Source: an uncultured Gemmatimonadales bacterium (GTDB taxonomy: Bacteria; Gemmatimonadota; Gemmatimonadetes; Gemmatimonadales; Gemmatimonadaceae). Taken from it: a stretch of 64,000 nucleotides of DNA. The DNA is taken from the NCBI GenBank assembly GCA_963707505.1, contig CAVPQB010000003.1, positions 352,001-416,000 on the forward strand, written 5' to 3'. Below, piece after piece: positions 1-10,563 of the stretch; within the stretch, counting starts at the first letter, position 1; every line of letters starts with the position of its first letter. The notes beneath the pieces are model-generated. The model ran no database searches. It saw only the letters and a program-made list of their open reading frames with translations, and was not told the origin of the DNA. Made by a program: the position numbers and the translations under genes.

Positions 1-99
1 CGAGACGCGTACCCACGCGTCGATGACGATTCCCTTATCGAGAACCCGGTCGAGAATGTCGATAAGTGAGCTTCCGCTCGGTGACCGCTCAACGGCCAT
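1..99 (-). CDS. gvpA: Gas vesicle structural protein GvpA (5' part, runs off window)
   Basis: Manual translation [33 protein letters not shown] is the GvpA signature; GGAGGAG SD upstream. Confidence 0.92.
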   Translation of the reverse strand, partial: MAVERSPSGSSLIDILDRVLDKGIVIDAWVRVS

Positions 100-107
100 G
101 ACTCCTC

Positions 108-411
108 CTAGTCAGATGAAGACAGCTTGGCGAGCTGACGCTCGATGCGGTCGAGACGATCGTTGAGGTCGTTCGCCGCGACGGCAGGCGCCGTCTGGCT
201 CGTCAGACGCGGGTCGTACCGCCACCAGTTCATACCTATCTGTTCCGCCTTGTCGATGGAGCAGACGAGCAGACGAATCTGGATCGTGAGCAGCTCGACG
301 TTGGCGAGATTGATCTTGATGTCGCCGGCGATCACCAGTCCCTTGTCGAGCACGCGGTCGAGAATCTCGACCAGACCCGGTGCTGCGTGATGGCGAGACT
401 AGTTCAGGCAA
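108..411 (-). CDS. gvpJ: GvpA/GvpJ-family gas vesicle protein (one frameshift near 378)
   Basis: [52 protein letters not shown]-terminus [12 protein letters not shown] lies in another frame. Confidence 0.8.
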
Positions 412-420
412 TTGGCAGCC

Positions 421-1107
421 TCATCGCACACGCCCCAGTGGGCCAAGGTCAATTTGTAAATCCTCCTCCGAAAGGCCGAAAACGCGTTTGAGCTCACTCA
501 TTCTATCATTCAACTTGGCAAGAGCCAGTCCCAATCGCTCCACTTCCTCATCAGTCAGCCGTCCGCCTTCCATGCGCCGGACCGCCTGGTGTTCAAGAAC
601 CTTCCGGAGCACCTCGATCAATGTCAATACCAATCGCGCAAGCCCAGTCTCAGGACCGGCCGCGTCGGCGTTGATCCGCTCGGGCAAGCCTTGAGCCACA
701 GCATTTAGCGATTGTCCCGCCGGCTGCTCCGTCTCCACGCGCGCCGTCAGGTCCCTATTCCCGGGCTCTGCTCTCGCAAGTATCGGCGCAGCGTTGCGCG
801 GTATGGAGCCAAAACTTCCAGCTATCGACCGTGACGGCTCGGGCTCGGCCCGCAGCCTCTGCTCCGCGGTCGCAACGGCCTGGAGTAACAAACCAATGTT
901 TAGTTTGATCAAATCTACGTCCGCCACAGCGATCGTGACCTCACCGTGCACGACCGCACCCCGGTCCAGGACCGTATTGAGCAGGTCGCTGAGGTCCAGC
1001 GGCTCGTCGCCCAGCAGAGTTGCCGCCTGACCGACGCGCAGCTCCTCGAAGGGCTGCGCCACCTGCTCGTCGCGCGGCTCGTCGCGCGGCTCGGAGTCAG
1101 CGATCAC
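421..1107 (-). CDS. gvpK: Fusion of a GvpJ/GvpS-like N-terminal domain and a GvpK C-terminal domain
   Basis: LSDLLNTVLDRGAVVHGEVTIAVADVDL (GvpA family) then GLARLVLTLIEVLRKVLEHQAVRRMEGGRLTDEEVERLG...DLQIDLGPLG (GvpK); GTG start at 1107 overlaps the end of gvpL. Confidence 0.82.
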   Translation of the reverse strand: MIADSEPRDEPRDEQVAQPFEELRVGQAATLLGDEPLDLSDLLNTVLDRGAVVHGEVTIAVADVDLIKLNIGLLLQAVATAEQRLRAEPEPSRSIAGSFGSIPRNAAPILARAEPGNRDLTARVETEQPAGQSLNAVAQGLPERINADAAGPETGLARLVLTLIEVLRKVLEHQAVRRMEGGRLTDEEVERLGLALAKLNDRMSELKRVFGLSEEDLQIDLGPLGRVR

Positions 1108-1917
1108 GGACGAAATGGTAGGGCGGCCACGGGCCGGTGAAATCAAATCTGAATCCAGCAGGTCCGTAAGTCGCCATGAGCTCGGTCAGGGCAGATCTGA
1201 ACGAATCATAGCGCTCGTTGTCTACGAGATACGCGGCGTCCAGGAGCACACCTGGCTCATTCGATGCCGAGCTGTCGCGTGCCATGCTTTCGCGCGAACG
1301 ATCGGACAGCACGGAGTGTGCATGATCGGCGATTCGCGACGCGACGTCGCGTGTCGCGGACTTGCGCAGCTCCGCGAGCTTTCTGCGCAGAAGGTACGCC
1401 TGACCGGGCGAAGCGGCGTCTGCCTCGCGCTCGAGGTCCACGAGCCTGTCATCCATTTGCTCAGCGGCATTCACGAGAGCGGCTTGATCGGCGGCGATGC
1501 GCACGCACAGCTCGCGGGCGCCGCTCACTCGATCCAGCATCTCGCGAAATTCATCATGCCTGTCGTCGAGCATGGTCGCAACGGCGTGCTCGTCGCTGAA
1601 CATCACCCACATGGAAAAGGGCACGACTGCGCCGCGATCCGCCGCCCACGTGACGACCGCGTCGTGCGTAACGGCCCGGGGCGTGAGCCACTCCGGCTCA
1701 CCCATACGCTCTGACGGCGCGTCGCCGGAGTACTGCTCTGCATCGACCGCAGTCACCAGCGCGGCGATATCCGCACGCACAATGCTTCGAACCGGCGCGC
1801 GATCGATTCCGCGCGGCGCATCGCGTCATGCGCAGTGCCCGGTGCAGTGCCCGGCACGTTGCTCAGCACTAACGTCGCCGGCACGACACAGTAGACATAC
1901 TCGATCGTCGCCGTCAA
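1097..1917 (-). CDS. gvpL: GvpL/GvpF-family gas vesicle protein (frameshift near 1820)
   Basis: N-terminal IEYVYCVVP, HDAVV, LDAAYLV, C-terminal FTGPWPPYHF; TTG start overlaps the gvpG stop. Confidence 0.82.
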
Positions 1918-2219
1918 CGCGCGTCGTCGTCGTCACGCGCGACGCGCACGGGTCCGCCACCGATCGACATGCCCAACTGCTCGCGCCACGCGCGCACTTC
2001 ACGGAGCCGGTGCATTATCACCTTCTCGCGCTCCAGATACTCATCGTCGTCGATGTCGCCCGCCTCGAGCTCCAGCTGGAGCCGCATGAGGTCTTCCTTG
2101 ATCGTCGTGTCATCCGTCAGCTCGTCCTCGACGGCGCGACGCACCTTGTCGAGTGTCCACATCGTGCCGTCCCACGGCCCGGTGAACGGTGCAAGCAGGA
2201 TGGACGACAGCAGCCCCAT
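1914..2219 (-). CDS. gvpG: Gas vesicle protein GvpG
   Basis: MGLLSSILLAPFTGP...LQLELEAGDIDDDEYLERE pattern; position directly after gvpF. Confidence 0.88.
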   Translation of the reverse strand: MGLLSSILLAPFTGPWDGTMWTLDKVRRAVEDELTDDTTIKEDLMRLQLELEAGDIDDDEYLEREKVIMHRLREVRAWREQLGMSIGGGPVRVARDDDDAR

Positions 2220-2220
2220 G

Positions 2221-3081
2221 CTAGTTGGCCTTCTCCAGCTTGAGCTTGATGTTGACGAAATTGTACGGCGGCCACGGACCGGTGTACTTGAATGCGAGCA
2301 GGTGCTCGTAGCGACGGCTGAGCTCCTTCACGACTTCGTCGAACGCCTTCTCCCCCGACCGGTTCACGAGGAACGCGGCATTCATGATCATGCGATCGCC
2401 GATGACCTTGTTGCTCCTGCTCGCGACCGAAACTCGTTTGAGCTCCTCGTGCACCGTCGCGACATATCGGCTGGCCGATTCTTCCAGCGCGCCCTCGATC
2501 AATCTTCCGAGCTGCATGCGCGCGAAATACGTGGATGACGACGCGTTGCGCGTGATCTCGTCCTTCAGCTTTCGAATCTCATCGTTGTCCTGCTCGATGC
2601 TCTCGACGACGCGGTCACGATCCCAGCGAATCTGCACACCGAACTCGATCTTGTCCTTCATCTTTTCGAGAACGTCGGTGAACGCTTCATACGTCGAGCG
2701 AAGCAGTTGCCCCACGTCCTCTTCCGATCGAAAGACCGTTCCGAACGACATTGGAATGACTGTGAACTCGCGCATCACCGTTTCATTCACAAATTCGTGT
2801 GCGAGCACGTTCTCACGCGTCGGGTCGTAGATCACGATTGGAGTGTCGCTGACTACGGCGGCCAGATCCTCATGGTGGACGGTGTAAACGCGGGCGCTTC
2901 CGCCGATGCCAATGTCGCCGAAATCCCGCGGAGTCTGATGCCGGATTATGCAGTAGACATACTTGCCCTCGGCCGGCGCGACGGCGAGTGAGTCACTCGC
3001 GAGGTCGGACTCGCTGCTGGCGTCGAAAAGCGAGGCGTCGAGCGCGCTCATTCTGTCGTCACTCAATGGTTGTCGTTCCAT
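2221..3081 (-). CDS. gvpF: GvpL/GvpF-family gas vesicle protein
   Basis: GKYVYCII, VLAHEFVNETVM, VIPMSFGTVF, NAAFLV, YTGPWPPYNF; start uncertain (3081 or slightly downstream). Confidence 0.88.
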   Translation of the reverse strand: MERQPLSDDRMSALDASLFDASSESDLASDSLAVAPAEGKYVYCIIRHQTPRDFGDIGIGGSARVYTVHHEDLAAVVSDTPIVIYDPTRENVLAHEFVNETVMREFTVIPMSFGTVFRSEEDVGQLLRSTYEAFTDVLEKMKDKIEFGVQIRWDRDRVVESIEQDNDEIRKLKDEITRNASSSTYFARMQLGRLIEGALEESASRYVATVHEELKRVSVASRSNKVIGDRMIMNAAFLVNRSGEKAFDEVVKELSRRYEHLLAFKYTGPWPPYNFVNIKLKLEKAN

Positions 3082-3085
3082 TTCC

Positions 3086-4204
3086 CTAAAAACCCCCCTT
3101 CGAGCTGTTACGCGCTGCAACGATTGCGCCGACGAGCGACGCAATCACGCCGGCCGCACTTTCGACGCCGACACCAGACATTCTGTCCAGAGTATCGTGC
3201 GCAGTGTGCACCCGGGCGAGCGAATAACGAGTTCCCTGGCTGACAGTGCACGCGGCCCACCCCTCATCAGCGAACGCTGTCGAGTCCATAAGGACCCCGG
3301 GAAGTCCTCTGCGAATTCGAGTATCGAACCCCAGCACCCCAGCCCCACGCAAAGACTGCAATAGATGACGTCCTGCACCTGTGGCTGTAATCGTCAGCGC
3401 GCCTCGGTCATCCACACCATCACAGTTTATCACCACGCCAGCGGACTTGGATTGGACCCACGCACGTGCACCAGCGAGTCCCAATTCCTCGGCGGAAGTT
3501 ATGATAACTCCGACGGGGATCGCCCGGTCGATGGCGCTCGCGGCCCTCAGAATGGCTGCGACGCCGCTGGCATTGTCCAGCGTGCCGCTACCGCGTGTGC
3601 CAACCCACGAGAGTAATAATGGCACAGAAGCGACGGCTCCGCAGGTGGCCGCGCCAAGGAGCAGCGCACCCGGCAGGGGCAAGATGCGAGAAGCGGTCCA
3701 AACGAGAGTCAGACAGATCCAGCTGGCGAAAACTCCAACCGCGGCCGCGGCTCGTATCAGCAGCGAGACCGGCTGGCTCTTGCTGTCGAGGTGGGCCATG
3801 AGCCACACGAAGGGTACACCTCGCTGGGCCTCGAGATTCACCCCGAAGCGGCGCGCAAACGGCAGCCGACGGGTGCCATACCGGCCCAGCCACCATCCCG
3901 CAACGGAAACAGCAACGACCAGCGCAATTCCAACTGCCAGCCCCATGTCCGTTGCCGCGCCCCCCCGCACCGTCCCCACGCCAGCGACGGTCGCCGCGAC
4001 GAGAAGCACCAGGCCCGCGATCGGAGTCGCCCACATTCCGGGAAACGCAGAGTAGCCGAACGGACGATGCTCCACCGCGAAACCAGCATCAGTCAGCCAC
4101 CTTGCACAAACCGCCCGAGCGTCGGACTCGGCGGCGGATCCGGCAGGACGCGCCGTTCCGCCAATGCGTGCGAGCAGGGCATGGCCGTCCGCGGGACCAC
4201 CCAC
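3086..4204 (-). CDS. Membrane-associated M28 family metallopeptidase
   Basis: AHLDSK, DNASG, AEELGLAGA, INCDG and HTAHD zinc-peptidase motifs with hydrophobic segments. Confidence 0.8.
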   Translation of the reverse strand: MGGPADGHALLARIGGTARPAGSAAESDARAVCARWLTDAGFAVEHRPFGYSAFPGMWATPIAGLVLLVAATVAGVGTVRGGAATDMGLAVGIALVVAVSVAGWWLGRYGTRRLPFARRFGVNLEAQRGVPFVWLMAHLDSKSQPVSLLIRAAAAVGVFASWICLTLVWTASRILPLPGALLLGAATCGAVASVPLLLSWVGTRGSGTLDNASGVAAILRAASAIDRAIPVGVIITSAEELGLAGARAWVQSKSAGVVINCDGVDDRGALTITATGAGRHLLQSLRGAGVLGFDTRIRRGLPGVLMDSTAFADEGWAACTVSQGTRYSLARVHTAHDTLDRMSGVGVESAAGVIASLVGAIVAARNSSKGGF

Positions 4205-4207
4205 TCG

Positions 4208-5182
4208 CTAGCGGAGACCCATGATCTGCTTGGTCTCGGTCAACGTCTCGCTGGCGATGGCTCTGGCGCTCGCAGCACCCTTCGAGAGGGCGTCCTCGAC
4301 ACGCTCGGGCGCTGCGCGAAGCTCCGCAGCGCGAGCGCGAATGGGCCCCAGCTCGGTCTCCATCGAGGTCTGCAGAACGCGCTTGCAATCGATGCAACCC
4401 CAGCCTGCGCTGCTGCACTGTTGCGCTACGTGCTCAACCGTTGCCGGAGAGCTGAACGCCTTGTGAATGTGATAGATGTTGCAGACTTCCGGAGTGCCAG
4501 GGTCGGTCTTTTTTACCCGCGCCGGATCCGTGACGGCCGGGCGCAGCTTCTCCCAGATCGCCGCCGGTTCTTCCAGCAGCCCGATCGTATTACCGAGCGA
4601 CTTGGACATCTTCGCCTGGCCGTCCAGCCCCATGATGCGTCTGGTCGGCGTGAGCAGTGGCTTGGGCTCGACGAAAAAATCGATGCCGAATTTGGCGTTC
4701 CAGCGCCGGACGATCTCCCGCGCGAGCTCCAGATGCTGCACCTGATCCTCGCCCACCGGAATGAGTTCCGACTGGTACAGCGCGACGTCGGCAGCCTGAA
4801 GCACCGGGTAGTTCAGCAACCCCGCGAGGATGCTCTCCTGACGGCTCGACTTGTCCTTGAACTGCGTCTGGCGCTCCAGCTCACCCAGCGGAGTCACCGT
4901 GTTGAAAATCCACGCGAGCTCGGTATGTTCGGAGACCGCAGACTGGACGAACAGGGTGCACTTTTCGGGATCTATCCCGGACGCGAGCAGCGAGATCGCC
5001 ATGTCGCGTGTGCGACGACGAAGATCTGCCGGCTCGTACATGCCCGTTATAGCGTGGTAGTCCACGATCGAGAAGAACGACTCGTACCGATGCTGTAGCT
5101 CGACCCAGTTCCGCACCGCGCCGAGGTAGTTTCCGATGTGCAGCTCACCCGAGGGTTGAATGCCGCTGAATACACGTGCCAT
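4208..5182 (-). CDS. trpS: Tryptophan--tRNA ligase
   Basis: MARVFSGIQPSGELHIGNYLG, VGEDQ, KMSKS. Confidence 0.96.
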   Translation of the reverse strand: MARVFSGIQPSGELHIGNYLGAVRNWVELQHRYESFFSIVDYHAITGMYEPADLRRRTRDMAISLLASGIDPEKCTLFVQSAVSEHTELAWIFNTVTPLGELERQTQFKDKSSRQESILAGLLNYPVLQAADVALYQSELIPVGEDQVQHLELAREIVRRWNAKFGIDFFVEPKPLLTPTRRIMGLDGQAKMSKSLGNTIGLLEEPAAIWEKLRPAVTDPARVKKTDPGTPEVCNIYHIHKAFSSPATVEHVAQQCSSAGWGCIDCKRVLQTSMETELGPIRARAAELRAAPERVEDALSKGAASARAIASETLTETKQIMGLR

Positions 5183-5239
5183 ACGCGAAATATACGAGCG
5201 ATGACCACAAGTCAGGCAGCTGTTCCATATACTGGCGAG

Positions 5240-6052
5240 ATGATCGCGAAAATCCTCGACGCGATGATCGTCGCTGCGCGCGCAGCGGAAGATGTAATCG
5301 CAGCCGGAGCGGCTCGCCGCGGCGACCTTGTCTGGCAGGCGAAGGGTCAGGCCGATTACCTGACGGAGATAGATACATCCTCGGAAGCGGTGATCCGCCA
5401 TGAGATCACCCACGCGCTGCACGGCGATTTTCCCGACCTGCGTGTACTGGGCGAGGAGAGTTGGCGCGATGAGCCACTTCCACGCGGACTCGCGTTTGTC
5501 GTCGATCCGCTCGACGGCACCACGAATTTCCTGCATGGGATTCCAGCGTATTCCGTTTCGATAGCCGCAATCCATGACACGGAACCGATTCTCGCTCTGG
5601 TTCTGGACATTCCGCACGGCGAGCTGTACACCGCGGTGCGCGGCTTCGGCGCCCGCCTGAACGGCACACCGATTCACGTCTCGCAAATCTCAGATCCCGA
5701 AAAGGCGCTCATCGGCACCGGCTTTCCGTTCGGCGAAAATGCGGATGCGGTGCGCTACGCACGCCAGTTCATTCCAATCGCCCAGACAACCTCGGGAATC
5801 AGGCGCGCAGGCTCGGCTGCGATCGACCTGGCATGGATCGCCGCGGGAAGGTTCGACGCGTTCTGGGAGCTGCACCTGTCGCCCTGGGATATAGCGGCCG
5901 GCATTCTGCTGGTACGTGAAGCTGGCGGAATCATCACCGCGATCGATGGCATGCCAGCGACGATCGAAACGTCGCCGCTCGTTGCCGGCAATCCAACGAT
6001 GCACGCGTGGCTGCTCGACGTGCTGCGTGACGCTGACAATGCCGCAACATGA
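5240..6052 (+). CDS. suhB: Inositol monophosphatase family protein (SuhB)
   Basis: LGEE, DPLDGTTNF, GSAAIDL, WDIAAG; start at 5240 (alternative 5201). Confidence 0.88.
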   Translation: MIAKILDAMIVAARAAEDVIAAGAARRGDLVWQAKGQADYLTEIDTSSEAVIRHEITHALHGDFPDLRVLGEESWRDEPLPRGLAFVVDPLDGTTNFLHGIPAYSVSIAAIHDTEPILALVLDIPHGELYTAVRGFGARLNGTPIHVSQISDPEKALIGTGFPFGENADAVRYARQFIPIAQTTSGIRRAGSAAIDLAWIAAGRFDAFWELHLSPWDIAAGILLVREAGGIITAIDGMPATIETSPLVAGNPTMHAWLLDVLRDADNAAT

Positions 6053-7564
6053 AGCTCATCGAATGCGTCCCGAATTTTTCCGAAGGGCGTGACCTCGCGG
6101 TCAGTCGACGCGATTCGCGATCGAATAGCCGCGGTGCCAGGAGTTTCCGTGCTGCACGTGACCTCGGACGCATCACACAACAGGTCGGTCATCACGTTCG
6201 TTGCGCCGGCAGAAACCATGGCCGATGCCGCAGTCGCCGCGATCCGCGCAGCGCGTGACCACATCGACCTCACACTACACGAGGGCGTCCATCCCCGCAT
6301 CGGCGCGGCGGACGTGGTTCCGTTCGTCCCGCTCGACGGTGCGACGATGGACGACTGCATTGCGATCGCGCGTGAGGTTGGCCGGCGAGTCGGAGATGAC
6401 CTGGGGATTCCGGTCTATCTCTACGAGCGAGCCGCGACTCGAGCTTCGCGACGCAATCTAGCGGACGTCCGGCGCGGTGGCTTCGAAGCGCTGCGCGATG
6501 CAATCACATCGGATCCCGCCCGCGCACCGGACTTCGGCCCCGCGCACGTGCATCCCACCGCGGGTGCAGTGGCAATCGGCGCGCGTCCGTTTCTGATCGC
6601 TTTCAACGCATACATTGGCGACAGTGGGAAGCTGCGCGCGGCGAAGGACATTGCACGCGCCGTTCGTGAATCGAGTGGCGGGCTGCGAGCCGTGAAGGCT
6701 CTGGGACTCGAAGTGAATGGTCAGGCTCAGGTATCGATGAACCTGGTCGACATCGACCAGACCTCGCTCGCAACCGCATACGCCGCAGTCGAGCGTGAGG
6801 CACGCGAGCGTGGCCTGGAGATCGAATGGAGTGAATTGATAGGTCTCCTCCCGGAGCGCGCTGCGTTCGACGTGTCATCCAGAGCCTTGAGACTGAGAGA
6901 CGACATCGGCGCACACGTGCTCGAGCGCATCGTGCTCGCGAAACGCACCGAGCAATCACTATCTGCCTATGTGGAAAACGTCGCCGACGCGGACGCCGTT
7001 CCGGGCGGAGGAAGCGTAGCGGCGATCGCCGGCGCACTCGGTGCAGCCCTCGTGAGCATGGTCGCGGGTCTGACACTTGGCCGCGATCGGTATGCGGCGG
7101 TCGACGCTGAAATGCGGGAGATCCAACGTGACGCAGCGGGCCTTGCGCACGAGTTGCAGGCCCTCGCGCTACGCGATGCAGACGCCTACGCACGCGTCAC
7201 CGATGCACGTGGATTGCCGCATCGCACCGCCGCCGAGCACGTGGCGCGAGATGGTGCGATCCACGACGCTCTCCTCGGCGCTATCGACGTCCCACTCGCT
7301 GTGGCGCGTTGCGCGGCTCGCACGGTCATGCTTGTAAGCGCTGTCTCGGAGCGAGGCAATTCGAACGCGATCAGTGACGCCGGAGTTGCAGCACTGCTCG
7401 CTAGCGCCGCATGCACCGGAGCGTGTTACAATGTCCGCGTGAATGCGAGCTCGCTACGCGACCTCGCTGATGCTGAGGAAGCTTTGGAAGAAGCAATCGC
7501 GCTCTCGGCGGAGACCGAGGCGCTGGCTGCATCGATAGCGCTGAGGGTTTGCGCGGCGATCTGA
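6049..7564 (+). CDS. ftcD: Bifunctional glutamate formimidoyltransferase/formiminotetrahydrofolate cyclodeaminase (frameshift near 6100)
   Basis: MKLIECVPNFSEGR, DASHNRSV, HEGVHPRIGAADVVPFVP, QVSMNL, then cyclodeaminase PGGGSVAA and NAISDAGVA. Confidence 0.9.
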
Positions 7565-7607
7565 CACCGCCGTACCTGCACGCGCTTGTGCTGCGCGTAC
7601 GCTGGTT

Positions 7608-8367
7608 TTACGCCGCTAGCTGTGTCAGCACGCGCGGGCCCTGCGCGGTGATTGCAACTGTGTGCTCGAAGTGTGCTGCACGCGATTTGTCGACCGTCAC
7701 GACCGTCCACTGATCCGGCAGTTGGCGAGTCTTGTGGCTGCCGATCATTACCATGGGCTCGATCGCGATCGTAAGACCGGCCGTCAGCTTCACGCCACGT
7801 TTGGGCTTGCCGTAGTTTGGGACCTGCGGGTCTTCGTGGAACGTGGTGCCGATTCCATGTCCAACCAGATCCCGTGTGACGTTGAAGCCAGCACGCTCGA
7901 CCACTTCCTGCACTGCAGCGCCGATGTCGCCCACATGATTGTCCGGCTGCGCTGCCGCGATTCCGGCGGCGAGCGCCTTGCGCGTTATGTCGAGCAGCCG
8001 CAAGGATTCCGCGCCAACATTGCCGACCGCGACCGTCGTGGCTGCATCCGTGTGATAACCGTCGAGCAGTACGCCGACATCGATCGACACTATGTCGCCG
8101 TCGCGAATCACGCGCTTTGCACTCGGAATCCCGTGCACGATCTCTTCGTTGATCGATGCGCACACACTTGCGGGGAAGCCGTAAAGCCCCTTGAACGACG
8201 GGAGTGCGCCTTCGTGCGAGCGGATGAATTCCTCGATCATCCGATCCACGTCGAGCGTGGACATTCCGGCGCGACGTGTCGGTTTCAGCGAGACGCACCG
8301 CGGCGGCGAGTATCTGCCCCCCCCGCGCCATAATCTCGATCTCTCTTGCTGACTTGAGCTGTATCAT
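7608..8367 (-). CDS. map: Type I methionyl aminopeptidase (frameshift near 8275)
   Basis: MIQLKSAREI, EEIVHGIP, DAATT, GHGIG, HEDP, IEPM, AHFEHT. Confidence 0.93.
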
Positions 8368-8395
8368 TGCCTGCTTCCTCTCACCGCGTGCGTTG

Positions 8396-9049
8396 TCAGG
8401 ATGCGAGCTGCACGCTTTGGAGCGCCTGCGCTGCCCGGGCTGTAACGTCCGCTACTTCGCCGATCGCGTCGATTCGTTGCACCGGAATGCCATGAGAATC
8501 ATACCACTCGACCACCGGCGCGGTGAGATCCTCGTAGACGTTGAGCCGATTCTGAATGGCCTCCGGCTCGTCGTCCTTGCGCCGAACCAGGCGGCCGCCG
8601 TCGCCGCGAGGACACGCGGTGCCCGGCTCCAGTCCCCTGAACGGCGTCTGACACACGTCGCAAGTCGTGCGCGAGCTGAGGCGCCGGATCAATTCAGTGT
8701 GGTTCGCCTCGAAGAGCAACACCGCGTCGACCTTGCGCCCGATGCTCGCAAGTGCCTCCGCGAGACCTTCCGCCTGCGGTACGGTGCGCACCGCGCCGTC
8801 GAGAATGGCGCCGCGCGCGGATTCGGGCGACGCTATCGCGTCGCGAAGAATGCCAAGAATCACCGAATCGGGGACGAGATCTCCGCGATCCATGAACTGC
8901 TTGGCCTCGAGTCCGAGAGGTGTGCCTTCACGCACCGCGGCGCGGAACAGATCGCCCGTAGCGATCTTCGGAATGCCAAGGCGAGCTGCAAGCAGCTCGC
9001 CCTGAGTTCCCTTCCCTGCGCCCGGTGGTCCGAGCAGAACTATTATCAC
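8396..9049 (-). CDS. adk: Adenylate kinase
   Basis: GPPGAGKGTQ, LDGAVRT, RKDD; position after secY. Confidence 0.95.
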   Translation of the reverse strand: MIIVLLGPPGAGKGTQGELLAARLGIPKIATGDLFRAAVREGTPLGLEAKQFMDRGDLVPDSVILGILRDAIASPESARGAILDGAVRTVPQAEGLAEALASIGRKVDAVLLFEANHTELIRRLSSRTTCDVCQTPFRGLEPGTACPRGDGGRLVRRKDDEPEAIQNRLNVYEDLTAPVVEWYDSHGIPVQRIDAIGEVADVTARAAQALQSVQLAS

Positions 9050-9064
9050 AATTGCACCGGGACG

Positions 9065-10397
9065 TCAGTAACCAGCGAACGAATTCTGCCCGCGGAACCG
9101 TACGCGTCCCTTCTTCATGAATCCGTCGTACTTGCGGAGCAGCATGTGCTGATTGATCTGCGCCATCGTATCGAGTGCGACACCGACCACGATCAGCAGC
9201 GACGTGCCGCCGAACGTGAACGGAACGTTGATCGCATCGGCGATGAAGATCGGAAGCAGCGCGATGAACGTAAGGAAGATGGAGCCCGGAAGCGTGATCC
9301 GGGATATCACCGTATCCACGTACTCGGCCGTCTTCGCGCCAGGCTTCACGCCGGGAATGAATCCGCCCTGCTTCTTCAGATTCTCGGCGATATCCACCGG
9401 ATTGAAGATGATCGCACGTGTAGAAGTACGTGAAGAATATGATCAGCACCGCCAGGAGCGCGAAGTAGAGCCACGTTCCGGGCTGCATCCGCTCCGACAT
9501 CTGCTGCATGAACGGATTGCCGCTGAACTGCGCGAACGCGCCTGGAATCACGATCACCGACTGCGCAAAGATGATAGGCATCACGCCGGCTGTATTGATT
9601 CGGAGCGGTATGAAGTTCCGCGAGGCTTCTCGCTGGCGCCCACGTGACATCGTGCGCTGCGGAATCTGAATCATGATGCGCCGCGCTGCGATCGTGATCG
9701 CAATCGTGCCTGCGACGACGGCAACCATGACGAAGCCGAGTATGATCAGCGAGAATGGTCCGATAGCCTGCGTCGTCACGAACTTGAACGTGTCGAGAAT
9801 GCCGGGCCAGAAGCGCTCGACGATCGAGAAGAAGATGATGAGCGACGCGCCGTTACCCAGACCACGCTCGGTGATCTGCTCGCCGAGCCACATGACGAAG
9901 ATCGCGCCCGTGGTGAGGAACAGAACCATCTGCAGCTTGAACATGAAGCCCGGCGTGATCACGGCGTTCTGGAGCGACGACGTGAACAGAGCGAAGCCCC
10001 ATCCCTGAACTACTGCGAGCGCGATGGTGATGTATCGCGTCCACTGGTTGATGGTTTTTCGACCTTCCTCGTCCTTCTGCATCTTCTCCACCTGCGGCAA
10101 CACCGCGCCGGCGATCTGGATGAAGATGGACGCGGAGATGTACGGCATGATTCCGAGCGCGAACACCGTTGCGCGGGAGAGACCGCCTCCGACGAACAGG
10201 TCGTACAGCCCGAGCAATCCTCCACCGCCCTTGTTCGCGAAGAAATCCGTGAGCGCCACCACGTCGATTCCCGGCGCCGTGATGTGCGAACCGAGCCGGT
10301 AAAGGACGAGGCAGAGGAAGGTGAACTTGATCTTATCCCACAGCTCGGTGTTGCGCGTGATGTCCGCGACCGCCGATGCGGGATTTGTCTGCGCCAT
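9065..10397 (-). CDS. secY: Preprotein translocase SecY (frameshift near 9415)
   Basis: VFALGIMPYISASI, WLGEQITERGLGNGASL, NLKKQGGFIPG, GGTSLLIVVGVA. Confidence 0.95.
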
Positions 10398-10563
10398 TAG
10401 TAGAGTCTCCTCAGTGGGTGGCAGTGCCACCCGAAACTGCTGTAGGACGATTCAGTTGCGCTTGCGCGGCAGAATCGCGAAGCGCCGGTACGGACGGCAG
10501 AAGCCGCCGCACTCGACGCATTACACAAAAGTTGGTAGCCCATACCGCGGCCCCTTCGGAAAT

